Assembly: GCA_964016885.1 (NCBI GenBank)
Contig: OZ024746.1
Coordinates: forward strand, 49,662,001-49,726,000
Direction of reading: 5' to 3'
DNA: 64,000 bases
DNA from: Eledone cirrhosa
Taxonomy: Eukaryota
This document shows positions 57,629-64,000 of the stretch, piece by piece. Under the pieces are notes generated by a model. The model was not told the DNA's origin, made no database searches, and saw only the letters and a program-made list of their open reading frames with translations. The first letter of the stretch is position 1. Each line of letters begins with the position of its first letter. The position numbers were made by a program, and so were the translations under genes.

Positions 57629-58634
57629 AATAACAAAAAGCAAATCCTCCATTCCCATTATGCCAAACCCATGACTTCCAAATATCTGATCCACCGAAAC
57701 TCGGCTGTTTCAGACCATACCAAAATCAACATACTGATTGCGGATTTGGTACGGGTGATGAGAAACGTGTCCCGCATGTGCAACCCCAAAGAACTAGAGA
57801 GACACATACAACACTTCATCCACCGTATGCAGTTCTCTGGTTACAATCAGAGAAATGAGATCAGAGTATATAGAGGAGCCAGAACCAAATGGGAAAAAAT
57901 CGTAAATAATGTCACAAATGGGACCTGCCCCTTGTATAGGAGCAAATTTTGGAATAGAATAGAAAAAACTAGGAATAAGGTTAATAGAATAAGCCCATGG
58001 TATGATAGCAATAAATACCAGAGTGTAATGTTCATCGATACAACCCCTAGAGGTGAATTAGTTTACAAATTTAGATGGGCCCAAGATAAACATAAACTCA
58101 ATATTAAGATAGTAGAAAGACCTGGTACCTCCATAAAAACACTTATTAGCAATACATACCCTTTTCAAAGACCTCCCTGTATAGATAAGAAATGTATAAT
58201 CTGTAAATTAAGCCCCCATATTAACTGTAAAACTAGAAATGTAGTATATAGCATGAGATGTACTTAAGAACAATGTAGAGATAAGAATATAGTGTACATA
58301 GGTGAGACAGCTCGTAGTATAGGGGAACGGATAAATGAACACTGGCGAGACCTATGTTGTGTTTATACCATTACTTATTTGCATAGGTAAGTATATATTA
58401 CCTGTATGTTTTGTGAAAGGAACGTTTCCACGAACCAAAGTATCGTCTTCCTGTCTTCCCCCGGTTGCAACGTATTTTGAAATATCCACTTCTGCGTTTA
58501 CAGATTGACTTTGTTAGTTTCAGAAGATCCCGTTAAGGTTGAAAGCAGCGATTCTTTGATTAAACTTTAATCTGTTATTTTAATATATATATGCATTACA
58601 AATTTCAAATTTCCCCCGTGTTTCTCAAGTCAAC

Positions 58635-58669
<35 letters not shown>

Positions 58670-58681
58670 TTAATATAGATG

Positions 58682-58732
58682 AGATTCTACAGGACTAGAA
58701 CTGTTTCATTCATTAGAAATCATCAGGAATCT
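58682..58732 (-). ncRNA. Minimal type I hammerhead ribozyme motif
   Basis: Minus strand: AGAUUC-CUGAUGA-UUUCUAAUGAAU-GAAA-CAG-UUCUAGUC-CUG-UA^GAAUCU. It has a 6-bp stem I, intact cores, a short stem II, stem III with a CUAG palindrome in the loop, and a GUA cleavage triplet. Confidence 0.75.
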
Positions 58733-59189
58733 GGGTATCAAAAAATAAATATGGTATTTATAGGTCTCTACAAGTGGTAGGAGAGGGTGGGGAGTGGGAT
58801 GGGTGCAGGTCATTGGTTGATAGAAAAGGGAATTCATTAAAAGCTAATTCTACAAAGCTATAGTTAATTTTTATTTTTATTTATATTTATTTATGTTTTT
58901 AGAGTAACAAAGGCAGACAGAATTCTATAAACAGGTTCCGGATGGCATACCATTCCTTGTCAATAAGTTTCTCTTAAGCTAACAGATGTCTATAAAATCA
59001 GTGGGGGGTCAAGTCATGCTCGATAGAATTAAAGAAAAGGGAGATTCTTTAAAAGCTAAAGTCATTAAGGTTCTACTAAGTGACAAAGGTCTAGAGAATT
59101 CTGCAGACAGATTCAAAATACTGAGTGCATATCTTACTATTATCTTCGAACCTCTCTTAAACTAATCAACAATATGCCAAAATCAACAG

Positions 59190-61158
<1,969 letters not shown>

Positions 61159-61159
61159 C

Positions 61160-62839
61160 CTTATCGGACATAACGTTTGGCGCCCCTGATGTTTTGGCGG
61201 CAATAAAGGAAATCAAGCATAATTCAGCAGTAGGTTCCGATAGGTTCCCTGCTTGTGTCTTGAAGGCGTGTCAACACCAACTTGCTTCTCCTCTTGCCAA
61301 TCTGTGGCGGAACTCACTGGATGCTGGATATGTGCCAGAAAACCTTCTATCCCAGTCTGTTGTCCCAGTTTTCAAAAAGGGAAACAAATCCCTTGCCGTG
61401 AATTACCGTCCAATCTCACTCACCTCTCATATCATTAAGGTATTTGAGCGAGTGGTGAGATCGCGAATGACCCACTTCCTTGAGAGTAACAATATGCTGA
61501 ACTCCAACCAGCATGGATTCCGTAATGGAAGGGATTGCCTGACGCAACTACTGCATCACTTTGATGACATTTTGAGAGCCTTGGGAGAGGGTTCCAACAC
61601 TGATGTTATCTACCTTGATTTCAGCAAGGCCTTTGACAGGGTTGATCATAACATTCTACTGAGAAAGCTGTCCAATATTGGTGTCACTGGAAAGCTGCTG
61701 CAGTGGATCAAGAGCTTCCTGTCAAACAGAACCCAACATGTTGTAGTTGAGGGAGTCAAATCAAGCCCAGCCAAAGTCAGTAGTGGAGTCCCACAAGGCA
61801 CTGTGTTGGGCCCACTTCTCTTCATCATCTATATTAATGACATCACTGACATCATCAAACACAGCAACATTAAAATTTTCGCTGATGATTCCAAGCTCCA
61901 AAAGGTCATCAATGGCGTGGATGACCGGATAAGCCTTCAGTCAGACCTACTGGCTGTTACCCAATGGGCAGAAAAGAACAACATGTTACTGAACGAAGAC
62001 AAATTCGAACTGATCCACTTTGGAAAAGAGGATGCTCTGAAACTCCCGTACTCCCTTCCCTCCGGGGAAACTCTCGTGGCATCTAACAACATCAGAGACT
62101 TGGGAGTAACCGTGGACAGCAACATAAGCTGGACCACGCATATAAGCAGCAAAGTTGACATGGCCCGCAGAATGTGTTCCTGGATCCTCAGAACCTTCCA
62201 GTCGAGAGATTCCCGCACCATTATCCTTCTCTTCTCTACTTTCGCCCGACCACACCTTGAATACTGTGGTCTCCCCACACGAAACAAAGTATCATGAAAC
62301 TTGAAGCTCCTCAAAGGGCAATCACGAAAAAGATAGATGGCATGTCAGACCTTGACTACTGGGGTCGATTGGAAAACCTGAAACTTTACTCACTCCAACG
62401 TCGCCGTGAGCGTTATATTATCTGCATGATGTGGAAAATGTTCCATCATCACTGCCCAAATGATGTTGGCATCGCCTTCAAGATACACCCAAGGCTTGGG
62501 CCCCGTGCTATCCGTCCCATTCAAAAATCTAAATCGCAACTCATAACAACAATACGGCACAATTATTTCACCTCAATCGGCCCTGCTCTCTTCAACATCA
62601 CACCAGGACACGTCAAAACAGAAACTGACCACACAAAATTCAAGAAGTCTTTGGACAAATTCCTCCAAGTAATCCCGGACAAACCACCCACACCCGGATA
62701 TATCTCCGCAAACAGTAATTCTCTTCTCGAATGGGCCATGGTGCCCAAATCCTGAATTGAAAGACTTCGCCAGGTGGTGCAAGTTAGACATGGCCTGGGC
62801 CAATACTGGCCAAAACATTTCAAAGTTATTCAAAGTTAT
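61160..62839 (+). mobile_element. 5'-truncated CR1-type LINE: RT domain, ORF2 C-terminus, 3' UTR and short repeat tail
   Basis: [56 protein letters not shown]. One frameshift at ~62265, after which [13 protein letters not shown] resumes; LYSLQRRRER; stop at 62755; tail (TTCAAAGTTA)2. The HIYIY N-terminus of ORF 60588 is microsatellite read-through. Confidence 0.92.

Positions 62840-64000
<1,161 letters not shown>

Larger units (their letters stand above)
56578..58352 (+). pseudogene. Second, different Penelope-like element: decayed RT + C-terminal GIY-YIG endonuclease, 5'-truncated
   Basis: Motifs GSMDVVSLYPSID; after a frameshift at ~57078, QEEGAAIGVSIAGDIANLFM; YSRYVDDI; TIDYPSKH...IPVLD; HSHYAKP...SA; Cys-rich linker CIDKKCIIC; NVVY...C then TAA at 58265-58267, then YIGETARSIGERINEH. 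Interrupted by a SINE. Confidence 0.9.

Noticed and set aside
58265-58267. In-frame stops in the PLEs as recoded (selenocysteine) codons
   Set aside because: The stops are TAA here and TAG at 1683, not TGA, and the elements have other lesions.

Overview
Gene-free, repeat-saturated eukaryotic DNA. It is probably from an octopod cephalopod; this is inferred from memory of the SINE, Helitron and CR1 families and not from a search. No host protein-coding gene is supported, and nearly all ORFs in the track are artefacts of satellites and microsatellites. Contents: (i) a Penelope-like retroelement (PLE) with a 5' inversion at 1-1730; (ii) about 50 kb of nested tandem duplications built from three parts: a ~185-bp tRNA-derived SINE (>80 copies or fragments by hand count), (ATATT)n microsatellite, and a ~20-bp minisatellite (AAATAAAAAACGGGGCACCC) that always has the same orientation; (iii) a recurring cassette in which SINE 5' head and SINE 3' tail bracket a variable-length minisatellite, an SVA-like layout; (iv) a 2.1-kb palindrome of two head-to-head non-autonomous Helitrons; (v) a second decayed PLE (RT + GIY-YIG) interrupted by a SINE with a clear TSD, followed by a type I hammerhead ribozyme motif; (vi) a 5'-truncated CR1-type LINE inside (TA/CA)n microsatellite.
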